This document shows, piece after piece, positions 52,268-64,000 of a stretch of DNA of 64,000 nt (positions are counted from its first letter, which is position 1; each line of letters opens with the position of its first letter). The notes under the pieces are model-generated. The model saw nothing but the letters and a program-made list of their open reading frames with translations. It ran no database searches and was not told the DNA's origin. A program made the position numbers and the translations under genes. This DNA is from Marsupella aquatica (taxonomy: Eukaryota > Plantae > Marchantiophyta), in contig OZ316894.1 of NCBI GenBank assembly GCA_973895155.1, positions 805,968 through 869,967 of the forward strand, written 5' to 3'.

Positions 52268-52388
52268 AACATCCCATTATAAGAAACTCACGAGATGTTC
52301 ACCATTGGATGATTCCAAACTAGCCAGAGTTCCTTTGCTTAATCAATGGTGGAAAATGGGTTGGAATGTCATAATTTAACACAAAATA

Positions 52389-52674
52389 CTCGGGGGGTTA
52401 ACTTAGTGTATATTTTGGGGTACCACGTGCGATCCTAGCCTAATATAAACACACCTATTTTATAATGGGAATATTCCAGAAACATTCTCTATTTTCAATA
52501 TTAATGACCTATTTTACTTTATAAAAGATATATATTAGAGAATATTTTATAAATATTGGTCTATAATACCTTCTTTTGCTTCTTACGCTTAATTTTTTTT
52601 AGCTAATTTCTATGAAAAATACCTATTTTGGATCGCACGTGGTTCCTAAGATTTTTGATAGTCAACCCCCTGAG
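52389..52674. mobile_element. MITE copy 2 (8-bp TSD ACAAAATA)
   Basis: CTCGGGGGGTTAACT...AGTCAACCCCCTGAG. TSD at 52381-52388 and 52675-52682. Same family as 5273-5540. Confidence 0.92.
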
Positions 52675-53859
52675 ACAAAATAATGATCGACAAAGTATCC
52701 AATTCTATCCTTTTGGTGTCCCTGAAGCTTGCATTTGACCTAAGGCTGTAGTACGCAACAAGAGCATACAAGAACCTTCAAATCAAGTTGGACTTATTCA
52801 GAGTATTTGTAGTAGTGCAATCCATGCATTGACTAGATAAGTCCAAATATAAATACAAATTCTTCCACAAAGACACAAATAAAGCTTCTTCCGGTTAGAA
52901 GACAGTTGTGTCCCAATTTGTGACTATCTCTGGAAAACTAATCAATGGTTAGCTTTGCATTGTTTTATTCCCGACTTTGACCTTCATTGATACTAAGATT
53001 TTAACAAAGTATACCAGCATTGAAGTGAATACAAACAAAGCTTCCTCTCGGGCTTCTTGAGGCATGTGTGTATGAAAAAATTACAATTAATATGTGTGAG
53101 CTGGCTTGAAGTAATAACCTTGTTGAACTTCCTTGTGTGCAACTCTTCTGAACTTTCGTGTGAGAACTCTAAGCGGATTGTAGGAGTGTGATTCCCCACC
53201 AATCAAGCAAAACTTGCTTGTGCACCAAAGATGACTAAGCCAACTTCATCATTGAGATCATGTTTGTGCTTTTTAAATTTACAATCAATGCTGACATACT
53301 TTGTTAAAATCTTAGTACCCTAACAGATCCAAGCTGACCTCAAAATTTAAAACAACTTTGCCCAATTTTAATTTCATTTCTATTAATAAAAAAGGAACAA
53401 TTTCCTAATTTTTTGGCACCAAACAAATTTTGCCTTTCGGTAGAGTCCAATTGATAGGAAAATGATTGTTTGGCAACAAACAAATTTTGCCTTTTGGTAG
53501 AGTCCAATTGATAGAAAAATGGTTGGAAATTAAAGCTCAATGTTACTAACATATCCCAACTAGACCCACATACTGGTTTTTAGGGGGGGGGGGAGGTCGC
53601 CCAAGAGAAGGCCATATATGAAGAGGAGGGGGGATGTTACCTTCAACCTAGAGTTGTCTGAATGTGCTTGCTTTTGTTGTCCTCACCTATCTCCCTTATC
53701 ACTTTTGCAACAATATTTTTTTAATATGGACATCTTTTACACAATAACTTCTTTTTTGACAATGTACAAGTATTGAATACTATCAAAACAAGTGTATGGT
53801 CAGTATCACATATAACATGTTTCAATAAGTACATTGCAAAATCTGTATTTTTTTTTTGT

Positions 53860-54200
53860 CTCAATCTGACATCTTTTTCTCATCTTGCCATCTTTTTCTC
53901 ACCTTGATAGCTTTATTTCATCAGATCATCTTTTCTCTCCTCAACATTTTTTTCTTGCCTTGACATCTTTTTCTTAGCCCGACATCTTTTCTTCCGTCTA
54001 CTTCTTTTGCACTCGTCACTGTCATTTTCTCTCCTTGACATTTTTTCTCACCTCGATATTTTATCTTATTTTCATTTCACCATCGTTTCCTCACTTTCAC
54101 ATCTTTTTTTCTCCTTGCCATCTTTTCTTACTTTGACTTCTTTTACTCACCTTGACATATTTTTTCATTTCAAAATATTTTATTGGACTTGACATCTTTT
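53860..54200. repeat. Degenerate T-rich short tandem repeats
   Basis: ttgacatcttttt(c)tc-like motif recurs roughly every 20-25 bp. Confidence 0.7.
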
Positions 54201-55189
54201 GTGCAACACAAAGGCATGGGGCTAGTCTCCCATAATGTACAACACCTATTGTCACCTATCGTTGGGAGTATTTCTCCATGGGCTTTACCTTATGTTCTAA
54301 TCAGATAACATTTCTCGTTACTGTAAGTGTTCTCACTTCAGCTCTCAAAAATTAGTTGGTCTATCCAGTGCCAACGTTATGGTAAATCAGAACATCAACT
54401 TCAGCTCAACCCAAATCCGGACGACAGCACAGAGTGGACAACGTTGGATAAAAGCACAAAACATTTACATACCATGGAGCTCTGTTTTGGTGAGGAAAAC
54501 TAATTCCGACAGGAAGCAGTGAATGTATCGTTCAGGGCCCGGGACAGAGAAGAATGAATTTAAACATGGTGAGATGATGGTTAAAAACTGAAAAGCCCTT
54601 CCGCCTTCTTCGTGGGTGACAGCGAGAACGTCTGTGTAGATATATACGTTCTCAATTAGTTTTACGGTGCGATAGTAAATGGAATGCTACTCCAGTTTCT
54701 ATGTGCACTAGGGACCCTCCTGTACGAATAGTTAACTGTTGAACTGTACCCGGATGGATTCGAGTATTCTGGCATCCAGTTACGAAGATTCCATCTACTG
54801 CCAAAAGATTTTTATTCACTGAGAAGATTTTAGAATCACTGGCAGATACAGTCGTATTGTAGTGTTTAGGTAGCATGTGAGAAAATAGTGTGTGAAGCAA
54901 TTTGCTTATTCTATCAACGGCACTGTTGGAAATGGTACTGTATGTAGCATTTGGGCTGTCATAAGTTGTAGAAATGAGCGGATATGTTTCAGATATGTTG
55001 AGAGGAACTATGAAACCCAGTCGAATTTGCGAGCTGAATTGTTGAAAGTGTCTTTGTGCTTCTGCGGCTGAAGCAAAGAGATCAGGGGAGATTTGAGTTC
55101 TGTTTAAACTGGTCTTTGCAACTGACATTTTGATGGGATATGTTCAGGAACAACGTGCGCAACTGTACTCACGAAGGCCATTTTCTCAG

Positions 55190-57280
55190 ATGGGCTATAA
55201 ATCTTTAGCAGCGAGATTCAATGCCATGGACCTAAGGCGTTGCATCAATCTAGGAGTTGACGCTGTTGTTGGACTGTTGAAAACCGGGGCCAAACCGATC
55301 AGTATAACGGAAGCCCAAGTGATTAGGTCTGACTTGATAAACCCTAAAATGGTTTCTCCTTGGGTATTTTATTCAGAGGCAACAGTCCTGAAGGTTTACC
55401 GAACCTGGTTTCATCATAGGTTGGAACAAGTTCGGCCAATGGGGAGCGAGAGATTGGGGACTTGATTGCTAGGGCTATGGAGAAAGCTGGAAAAGAAGGA
55501 GTGATCGCTGAGTCTGTAAGTGACTACAATACTCAATTCTTAATTGTGCCAAAAGAACTAGCGAGTTTCAGGTATTCCCGCAGTAAGCTAGTTGTATCGT
55601 CCTTGGTCGTGGTGACTAAATAGGGCTGCTTCGTCTATTTAAATAACATTAGCATGGTCGAATTGTCCCTGACACAATTGGGAGGAGGCGATCGATGCCC
55701 TTCTTTTCGTTACGTGGTTCTCGTATCTTTCCCGGTATGATGTAAGTGTATTTTGTTGACCATGCCTTCAGGTATCTAAATTTTAGTTAAGTCTTTTAAA
55801 GTCCTGAAGTTTGGTTCCTGCATGGATTTGCCAACTTGAAGCTCGGATTTTTCTTGAATTTTTGATGCAGTTGATGAAGGAGGATTTGGGGCTGAAGCTT
55901 GAAAAGATTGAGCTCAATCTTCTAGGTATGGCCAAACAGGTATTGGAAACATGTGTTGCAGTGATGGAAAATGTAGAGTTACAATATGACCCTTGGATTC
56001 AGAACTTTGCACAAAAGTTTGTCAAGTATTTTCAACTGCTTGATGTAGGTGCTCGTATGTCACTTCCTTCATTGTATTGACATAGATAAGAAACCTCTCC
56101 AGTTTCTCAATTATAAGTGTTCTACTGTATTAATTCATCATGCCTCTTCGCGATTCGTCAGATAACGAACAATGATACACATCCACTACCCAAGATACAT
56201 TTTCAGGTCAAAACTAATTCCATTATAGATAGTATGTGGGGATGTTTCTGTTTGTACTTATGTGTGTCTCGGCCACTTTAGGATGTGCAGGTCAAAATCT
56301 TAAAAGATGACATTCTAGATGGATCCCGTGACAAGACATTGATTGAAGAGCACATTGACTAGGTACGTCTTCATAAGTTAATCCTTCTTGCAGTGTATAT
56401 GGACTCTTGGTAGGTTGGCTTCTTCGTTGCGAGTTCATTCTAACGGATTTCATCGGTGGTGTTTGCAGATTAGGAAAGGTATTAACACAGCGACCTCAGA
56501 TATGACGCGGAAAAGGTGCAGGAGGGCTTAGCAAAGCATTCCAGAGGCGTTGCTGTCCTGAAGGTGCGTTGTATTTGAAATCTGATCAAATACATCGCAG
56601 CTTGATAGTAATTCGTTCCTCCCATTAGTTTGTTGCTGACCTTATGAATCGTCATCTTACAGATTGGAAGTGCAAGTGACGTTGACGTCAGTAAGAAGGA
56701 CCGGGTAACTGATACTTTCAATGCAACCAAAGCTGCTGTGAAGGAAGGCATTGTACCTGGAGAGCATGTTTGATCTCTGTCCATTGCTGCTGCCTGTCAA
56801 ATATTTGTCTTACGTACATGGTAAACTCTCCATCAACCTGATCTACTTGACTGCAGATTCCAGGGGGTGGAGCCTATTTGGGTGGATTCTGTTAAGTGAG
56901 GATTTATATTTTTGGGAAGTATCCCTACGTTGGTTTGATGCGGATGAGTGAAGGCTTGTATGATGCTTGTCACTGGACTTACTCTCGTATTTCGTTTTAT
57001 GCCCTCAGGTGAGTATATGGATATGGTCAAGGCTGGTATCCATGATCCAGTGAAGGTGATTAGGACAGCTCTCACAGATGCTGCATGGCAAATGCCGTTC
57101 CTTTTGGCAACCATTGGTAAACCGATGCAGAAATCGATCTCATGTAAGTTTGGTATCTGAATGTGCCTCTTCTCTTGTTGCAGTGTCTCTTCGTTGTTGT
57201 CGACTACAGAAGCTGTTATTACCGAGTTGCCAAACGGTGATGCCCTTGCATTTCCACGTAGCGGTATGGGTGGTATTACT
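55190..57280 (+). pseudogene. HSP60: Chaperonin 60 (mitochondrial HSP60/CPN60-type) pseudogene retaining introns
   Basis: Exon remnants [115 protein letters not shown]. Missing 5' and middle exons, small indels, and an in-frame stop at ~56360. Confidence 0.88.
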
Positions 57281-57859
57281 GAGGAGCTCTTGCTGAAGTT
57301 TTGCAATGAGCTTGAGTCTACATTCAGTGTCTAGCCTGTTTACCTCGCCTGATGTGATGGAACATTAAATGATGTTAGCAGTCTCTCAATTTCTTTGACT
57401 GCAAAAGGGTAGTGTATTCTGAACAAGCTTGGGTAGCGAAATGGAACTGTAGGACGAATGAGGTTATAAATTGTCTCAGATACCTGGATGTCCCTTTCAG
57501 AATTATTTGGTATTCTATTCTAATACCATTCCGTTGTTGACAGATAGCCTTTACTCTCAATTGAAACGGAGTCATATCACTTTTGCAAGTCATCCATACC
57601 AAAAGCCGCAGCAGATCAAGGGAGACAAGAAAACACATCTTTCGACGGAGGTAGGGTCCTAGCCCTAGAATCAGAGACTTATCTTTCCCAGAGCGTTTTG
57701 TTGCAGAAAATGGTCTTGACTTAGGAAACAAAGTAAAACAGATTCGTTCCACCTAGTGCAGTCTCCTGCATTTATGCTTTATCAGTTAAGTTTTCAAAAT
57801 CTAAGCGTCGGTTGTGATGCCGACAGACAAAGCTGACAGCACCTGAGTTGAATCATACG

Positions 57860-60214
57860 ATGACAAGGACAGCACTTTCGGTGGATAGCTGGTCAACTCC
57901 AGCATTGGTGAAGGCAAGGCTCAAGTTGATTACTCATGGCAAATTCAAATGTTGTGTTAGTTATAGCACCAAAGATTGGTCTCAAGATGCTGCAAAAGGG
58001 ACTGGCAGTAGGCACATGCATAGTGCTGGTAGCACTAATGAAGCAATTTATGTTATGACGAATCATCTACAACGAGGCAGTCCTCCAGACTCGTACACGT
58101 ATGTTCGAGTTCTGCAAATGTGCTTGAAACAGAAAGACCTGTTAGCGGCCAAGCAAGTTCATGACTGTATCATCGAGAGTGAACTAAATACGAATCCATA
58201 TGTGGCGAACACCCTCCTGAATGTGTATATCAGATGCGGGGGACTTGTGGATGCACGTCGAGTTTTTGATAAACTTGCGACGAAGAGTGTTATTGCTTGG
58301 AACACCATGATTGCAGGATATGCTAAGAGTGATCATGCTGAATCCGCACTGGAACTTTTCAAATTAATGCGCCAAGCAGGTGTGCGGCCAAATGAGGTCA
58401 CATATCTGTGCATTCTGAAGGCATGTGCCAGCCCATCAGCTCTAAAATGGGGAAGAGAAGTTCATGCGTGTATACGAGATGACGGCTTTGAATCAGATGT
58501 ACGTGTAGGGACTGCCCTCCTTCAGATGTATGCAAAGTGTGGGTGCATCTCGGAGGCAAGGCGAGTTTTTGAAAAATTGAGTAATCGAAACTTCATCACT
58601 TGGAGTATTATGATTGGTGCGTATGCCGCAAGCGGCAATATAGTTGATGCCCGACGAATGTTTGACAAGATGAAAAAACGAGATCTAATCACATGGAACA
58701 TAATGATTGGAGCATATGCAGACAGTGGTCGTGGTATGGAAGCATATGGACTGTTTCTCGAAATGAGTCGGGAAGGCTTCGAACCAGACGCAATCACTTA
58801 TATAAACATACTAAACGGATCTGCAAGTGCGGGGGCTTTGGATTGGGTGAAGGAGGTTCATGCCCATGCTAGCAAAGCAGGACTGGAGTCGGATTTGCGT
58901 GTGACCAATGCACTTGTTCACATGTATGCAAAAAGTGGTAGCATTGATGATGCCCGATTGATTTTTGACAGATTGAAGACGCTCGATGTAATCACTTGGA
59001 GTATCATGATTGGCGCGTATGCAGAACGTGGTCGCGGTGTGGAAGCATATCAACTGTTTCGCCAAATGAGACGGGAAGGCCTAGAACCAAATGCAATTAC
59101 TTTTACGAGCATCCTCAATGCATCTGCAAGTGCCGGGTCTTTGGAATGGGTGAGGGAGGTTCATATCTATGCTAGAAAAGCGGGACTGGAGTCGGATTTG
59201 CGTGTGGGCAATGCACTTGTTCACATGTATGCAAAGAGTGGCAGCTTAGATGACGCTCGACTAATTTTTGACAGAATGGAGAAACGCGATGTAGTCACTT
59301 GGAATACAATGATCGGTGGGCTTGCTCAACATGGTTGTGGGCAGGAAGCCTTGGTATTCTTCAGAAAAATGAATGCGGACCTTCTGAAGCCGAACGGGAC
59401 AACATTCGTGGCAGTGCTATCGGCCTGTTGTCATGCAGGCCTTGTGGATGACGGGCGGAGACTCTTTTCAGCTATGACGCAAGATTATGGCATCGAGCCA
59501 GACATTGTGCATTATACCTGCATGGTGGATCTTCTTGGGCGGGCGGGACACTTGGAGGAAGCAAAGCGATTCATTACTGACATGCCAATTGAACCAAGTG
59601 AAGTAACTTGGAAGGCCTTACTAGGGGCTTGTAGAACTTATGCTAATGTGGACTTGGGCGAACTTGCTGCTAACGAGCTTTTCAAGTTGGAACCCGATAA
59701 TGCCTCTGCATATGTGCTCCTCTCCAACATCTATGCTGCAGCTGGCAAGTGGGAGAAGGTTTCATTGGTGCGCAGTATCATGCAAGAGAGAGGTGTTCGG
59801 AAGGAGCCAGGGCGTAGCTGGATTGAAGTTGATAACAAAATCCATGAATTTCTTGTAGGGGATACATCTCACCCAGAAGCGAAGGCGATATATGCTAAGC
59901 TCAATAAACTGACTGAAACCCTGAAGGCTGAAGGCTACATTCCCAATACGCAGATTGTGTTGCAGAATATCAATGAGGAGGATAAAGAACTAGCTCTTTG
60001 CTCACATAGTGAGAAGTTGGCTATTGTGTACGGACTTATGCGCATTCCTTGGAGAAAACCAATTCGTGTATATAAGAACCTTCGGGTGTGTTCAGATTGC
60101 CATACAGCTACCAAGTTCATCTCTAAAGTGACGGGACGCGAGATTATAGCCAGAGATGCAAGTCGTTTTCACCATTTTAAAGATGGCGTGTGTTCTTGTG
60201 GTGATTACTGGTGA
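57860..60214 (+). CDS. PLS-class PPR protein with E1-E2-DYW domain (organellar C-to-U RNA editing factor)
   Basis: Intronless ORF with about 15 P/L/S motifs, PG box KEPGRSWIEV, HSEKLA and CSDCH deaminase motifs, ending CGDYW. Confidence 0.96.
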   Translation: MTRTALSVDSWSTPALVKARLKLITHGKFKCCVSYSTKDWSQDAAKGTGSRHMHSAGSTNEAIYVMTNHLQRGSPPDSYTYVRVLQMCLKQKDLLAAKQVHDCIIESELNTNPYVANTLLNVYIRCGGLVDARRVFDKLATKSVIAWNTMIAGYAKSDHAESALELFKLMRQAGVRPNEVTYLCILKACASPSALKWGREVHACIRDDGFESDVRVGTALLQMYAKCGCISEARRVFEKLSNRNFITWSIMIGAYAASGNIVDARRMFDKMKKRDLITWNIMIGAYADSGRGMEAYGLFLEMSREGFEPDAITYINILNGSASAGALDWVKEVHAHASKAGLESDLRVTNALVHMYAKSGSIDDARLIFDRLKTLDVITWSIMIGAYAERGRGVEAYQLFRQMRREGLEPNAITFTSILNASASAGSLEWVREVHIYARKAGLESDLRVGNALVHMYAKSGSLDDARLIFDRMEKRDVVTWNTMIGGLAQHGCGQEALVFFRKMNADLLKPNGTTFVAVLSACCHAGLVDDGRRLFSAMTQDYGIEPDIVHYTCMVDLLGRAGHLEEAKRFITDMPIEPSEVTWKALLGACRTYANVDLGELAANELFKLEPDNASAYVLLSNIYAAAGKWEKVSLVRSIMQERGVRKEPGRSWIEVDNKIHEFLVGDTSHPEAKAIYAKLNKLTETLKAEGYIPNTQIVLQNINEEDKELALCSHSEKLAIVYGLMRIPWRKPIRVYKNLRVCSDCHTATKFISKVTGREIIARDASRFHHFKDGVCSCGDYW

Positions 60215-63200
60215 CCAGACTGAAAGCTGTGTTTCGCTGGCTGGAAGGTGACTCCAAAGCAGTACTCACTGGCAGTCTAGAGACAATCTGGTTTTGGTTG
60301 ATGAAGGGCATACGTTAGAAAGGCATCATTTCCGAGAGGTTTTTCTGGCAGCCATCGACGACGGCAGTTGTGTGACAAGAGCTTTGAGATTATGAAATTT
60401 GGCGATGCAACTAACCCGTACCTGGGTGGAAAATTATTCATCCCTTCACCAATTTTTGGAGTAACCGGCGCTAACAGGCAGGGACGGCCCGGTATTTTCT
60501 TATACTGACAGACGGCTTGAGGTGGAGTTTCATTATAATGACGCCAGAGTAGTCAGTGTTGCAAGTGGAAGATAGAAAGCTTTTCGTCCTTTCGATCAAT
60601 GAAGAGAACTGCCCGCAGGACAGGAAATTTGAAAGTGAAGAGTTGGGCGGCTCTTCTCCTGTGTCGTATAAATGATAGAGTCGCGAAATGAGTCCCCACT
60701 TTATATCTTGTGGGCTCCACTGCGTCCAGCTGCTCAAGCCATCCAATGTCCGTAAAATTCAATAACCAGAGGTGCGAGTTCTATTCTTCAGTATCAATTC
60801 GAGTGTGTTGAAAGTGATCGCGGCATATATGTTCCAAGTTTCTAGTCTCATACTGCACTCTTTTCCTAGCAGAGACCCTAGTACCTCAGCCATGAAACAG
60901 GCAGGTCTAAGTCGGATACTTACGCACCTTAAGTTTAACTTCCAAATGTTGTGATTGAAAGATAAACTGATGTTTAAGTTCTGATAAGGGTGTCTTTGGT
61001 CAGGAGAATGTGGCTCCTAAACTTCTACTCGAGGCCCCGTGATGCTGTCCATGCTGGAGTAGCGCAACCCTCATGTGTGGCTAGCCTTTGAACGGCAACT
61101 GGAGAGGAACGTGAGTATAATAACAAGAGCTTTGGATGCTTAAAAATGGACAATGATGCTGTTCCTGGGGCAACTCATGTGCTTCAGCTGTGAAATAAAT
61201 CTTGGGGTAGGTCATATGATGGGAAGTCTTTTATTTCAATGGCACAGAACTTCCGTGTTTCTCCTTGGGCCTTTTTTTCCGGTTTGTTACCTATTACCAA
61301 TGAGAGCAGCTGGAATTGTTTTTTTTTAAATACACCTGCCGATATAAGAGCCTCATTCCCTCCCTCACTACTGCTCATTCCTGTCCTGTGGTGAACAGTG
61401 TCTCACCATAAAAGGAGCGTCTCACCATAAAAGGTGGAGCACTCACCACCTTTTGTGGAGCTCAAGCCCATTCCTGAACCTGGGAACTTCATAATGAGAA
61501 CTACGGGTAACCCATAGCTCTGTACAGGTCTTTTTTATAGTGCATGGTGCACTTGTGGTTTAACCAAGTCTGTGTTGTCCGTCCTTCGATTGGGCAACTT
61601 GTCATGGGATTCCCTGAGAACAACCCTAAACTCCCAAGCTTATTGAATTAGGATTGATGTACAAAGGAGGTCAAGGAGAAGTTTGATGCACAGTTGATGA
61701 GATCTGGTTTCCTGGAAAGCCAATCAACCACAATCATAGGGTTGACTTTACTAGAGTCGATGGTTGACAAAACACGAGGGACAAAAGAGGGTAGAATTTG
61801 CAAGGAAAGCAAAGCAAAGGGAGTTCTGGGCTTCTACGAGAAATTTATCAGAGTCAATTATGCAGATATGAAATGACCACTTATGGTCCAAGATTGACAT
61901 GACGACAATGATCAACGGAGATGTTCAACAGTAGATTCATTGCCGTTGGAACAAAGTTTAAGTAAGGGCATGACACATGAACTATACACAGTCCGTACAC
62001 TAAGGTGGGCAGGAGGCCGGTCATGCTGCCATTTTGTAGACGTAGGAAGATGTTCTCAAAACACTAATTCATGGCAAGTGCTTGACAAGTGACAGTAAGG
62101 TGAGGATGGAGTGCGATGGAGGATGCAATGTTTGAGAATCCAGATAGGTCCAGTTTGTTATCTTGGACCCGAGAGCTTGGCATGTTTCTCAAGTCAGTCT
62201 TGATGAAAGCGGAGCAACCATTGGACCTTGAAACATATGATCGTGTACTGCTACCAAATCCTGACTTTGACAAGCCTTAGGAGGAGGTGGTAAAAACAAT
62301 TCAGTCAGAAGCAGATAGACACTATTCCTTTCGGTTATGTGATGGTGACTTCCCATACACAAACTCAAAATCATATGTTTTAGCGAGGATTCTTTGTGAC
62401 CAGCTGGTATGCAATGCTCCTGTTAGATGGTGAAGATCATTCTCAAAGCAGATAGAGTCATGTTGCCAAGAAAGTCATGATATTCTGGAATTTATGACCA
62501 CCAATCCCCGACCGTTTCTGCTGACGAAGGGGCCAAAAGCTCAAACCAGAAGATTTTGTTTCTAGAGAACAAAACAAGTTACACTTCGGGAATGGCACTG
62601 CACATCAGGAACTGGTTACTCCTACACCTTTGACTATAGTGTGATTTTTTCCTATATTTGTTCGTTTGGATTTTGATTATTCGCCTCGGCACTTTCATAC
62701 CCTCAACGTAACAAAGCTTCTCTTGTACATACCGTCCCGTTTCCCTCGTTGTCCAACGATTCTTGGGAGTGTTCGATAGCACCTTCATGTGTATCACTCC
62801 CACTCTCGAGTGATCCGATTATTCTTCCGTGTTGAGCCTGGAGTAATCAACAAGCTTTTGAGCAGGTTTCATAGTCTTTTCTTGAAAATCTGGTGAGTTA
62901 AACAACAGTGGAATTGCAAGTGAACGGCCCGTATGAAAAGATCGTTTTTAGGTTGGGACTGCCAGCTGGCTTTGAAGGAAAAGAGTACATTAACATTAAT
63001 CTGGAGAATTAAAACTTTCTACTCTTAAACCTACATTATGAAGCCGGATAAGACCTGGACATCTCCATTGGTTGGGGAGCCAAAGCGAGAGCATAAGGCT
63101 TCGTCTCTAAGTACATGCACTCGTTTTGTGTTGGTAGATTTCAATGTCGGTGGTTTTGATCGTTAAACCATTCATTTTACCATTTCCTGTCACCAACGTG

Positions 63201-63707
63201 ACTTTCCCCTCTAGTACCGCGTTCACTACGAGGTACTCTTGGAGATTGAAGGAGGTTAAGAACTTGCTAAATATCAAGCCAAGAGCTTTATAAGTGTCAA
63301 GAACCAACTCACATTACTTTGATCTCTGTTAAATGTTAGCAGTGAAGCTAGGCTCTCAGCGTCAACCCTCATTGTGACCAATGATTTCGTCCCGATTGTT
63401 TGTCACTGGGAGTACCTAAAGTATTCGCGATGTATTTCAGTGCCCCTTGCTCGCAAAATTGGTCAATGGATAAAATTAATCTCAGAGCCGGTCAGGGCTA
63501 GTTACAACGCCAACATGCGAATCTCAAAGTTCCTGTTAAACATTTGCCCTCCTCGATGGTTGCAAGAAAAATATCAGGAACCTAATGGTTTACAAATGTA
63601 TGCTCTTCTCTGATCAAGCAAACAACAAAAACCTCCTTGTATCTAGGCTGGCAGTGAGTACTTTTCACAGTCGCTTTCGAGCCATCGCAACACAGCTTGC
63701 AGTCTAG

Positions 63708-64000
63708 TCACCAGTAATCACCACAAGAACATACGCCATCTTTAAAATGGTGAAAGCGATTTGCATCCCTTGCTATAATCTCGCGTCCGGACACCTTAGA
63801 GATTAACTTAGTTGCTGTATGGCAATCTGTACACACCCGAAGGTTCTTCCTTACACAAATAGGTTCTGCCCGAGGTATGTGCATAAGTCCGTAGGCAATA
63901 GCCAACTTCTCACTATGTGAGCAAAGAGCTAGTTCTTTGTCCTCCTCATTGATATCATGCAACACAAGCCGTGTATCCGGAATGTAGCCTTCAGCCTTAA
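63708..64000 (-). CDS. 3' end of a second PPR-DYW gene (continues beyond the window)
   Basis: [35 protein letters not shown], very similar to the 57860 gene. Confidence 0.93.
   Translation of the reverse strand, partial: KAEGYIPDTRLVLHDINEEDKELALCSHSEKLAIAYGLMHIPRAEPICVRKNLRVCTDCHTATKLISKVSGREIIARDANRFHHFKDGVCSCGDYW

Noticed and set aside
49758-52310. 9-bp TSD ccattggat around a 2.5-kb element
   Set aside because: The same 9-mer occurs nearby at ~48494 and ~48591, and there are no TIRs.
54652-55128. 158-aa - strand ORF
   Set aside because: No recognisable domain and a non-ATG start; probably a chance ORF.
57860-60214. Reverse (U-to-C) editing factor of the DYW:KP type
   Set aside because: It has the canonical PG box (KEPGRSW), HSEKLA and terminal DYW of C-to-U editors.
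61600-63330. Retroelement pol remnants (ILDPRAWH, LVDYSRLN look-alikes)
   Set aside because: Isolated short matches on opposite strands with no supporting motifs.

Overview
Repeat-rich plant nuclear DNA with spliceosomal introns, probably from a bryophyte (the PLS-DYW PPR proteins read like moss editing factors). Positions 1-14941 look like the right part of one large Mutator-like (MULE) DNA transposon. It holds a spliced transposase with one premature stop, an ORF combining a hydrophobic segment with an RNase H1 N-terminal (hybrid-binding) domain, a 114-bp tandem array, and a convergent multi-exon accessory gene. Nested inside it are a CACTA end, an 8-bp-TSD MITE and a 4.1-kb TG..CA solo-LTR-like insert carrying a decayed long ORF. 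Next come an intact 4-exon alpha/beta hydrolase, a solo LTR, a young full-length Ty1/copia element (349-bp LTRs, TSD ATTGG) nested in an older repeat, and a truncated copia. The rest contains an 11-exon alpha/beta-fold + CAAX-protease (CPBP) gene with two GC-AG introns, more repeats, an intron-bearing HSP60 pseudogene and two convergent PPR-DYW RNA-editing genes. All calls were made by eye, without database searches.
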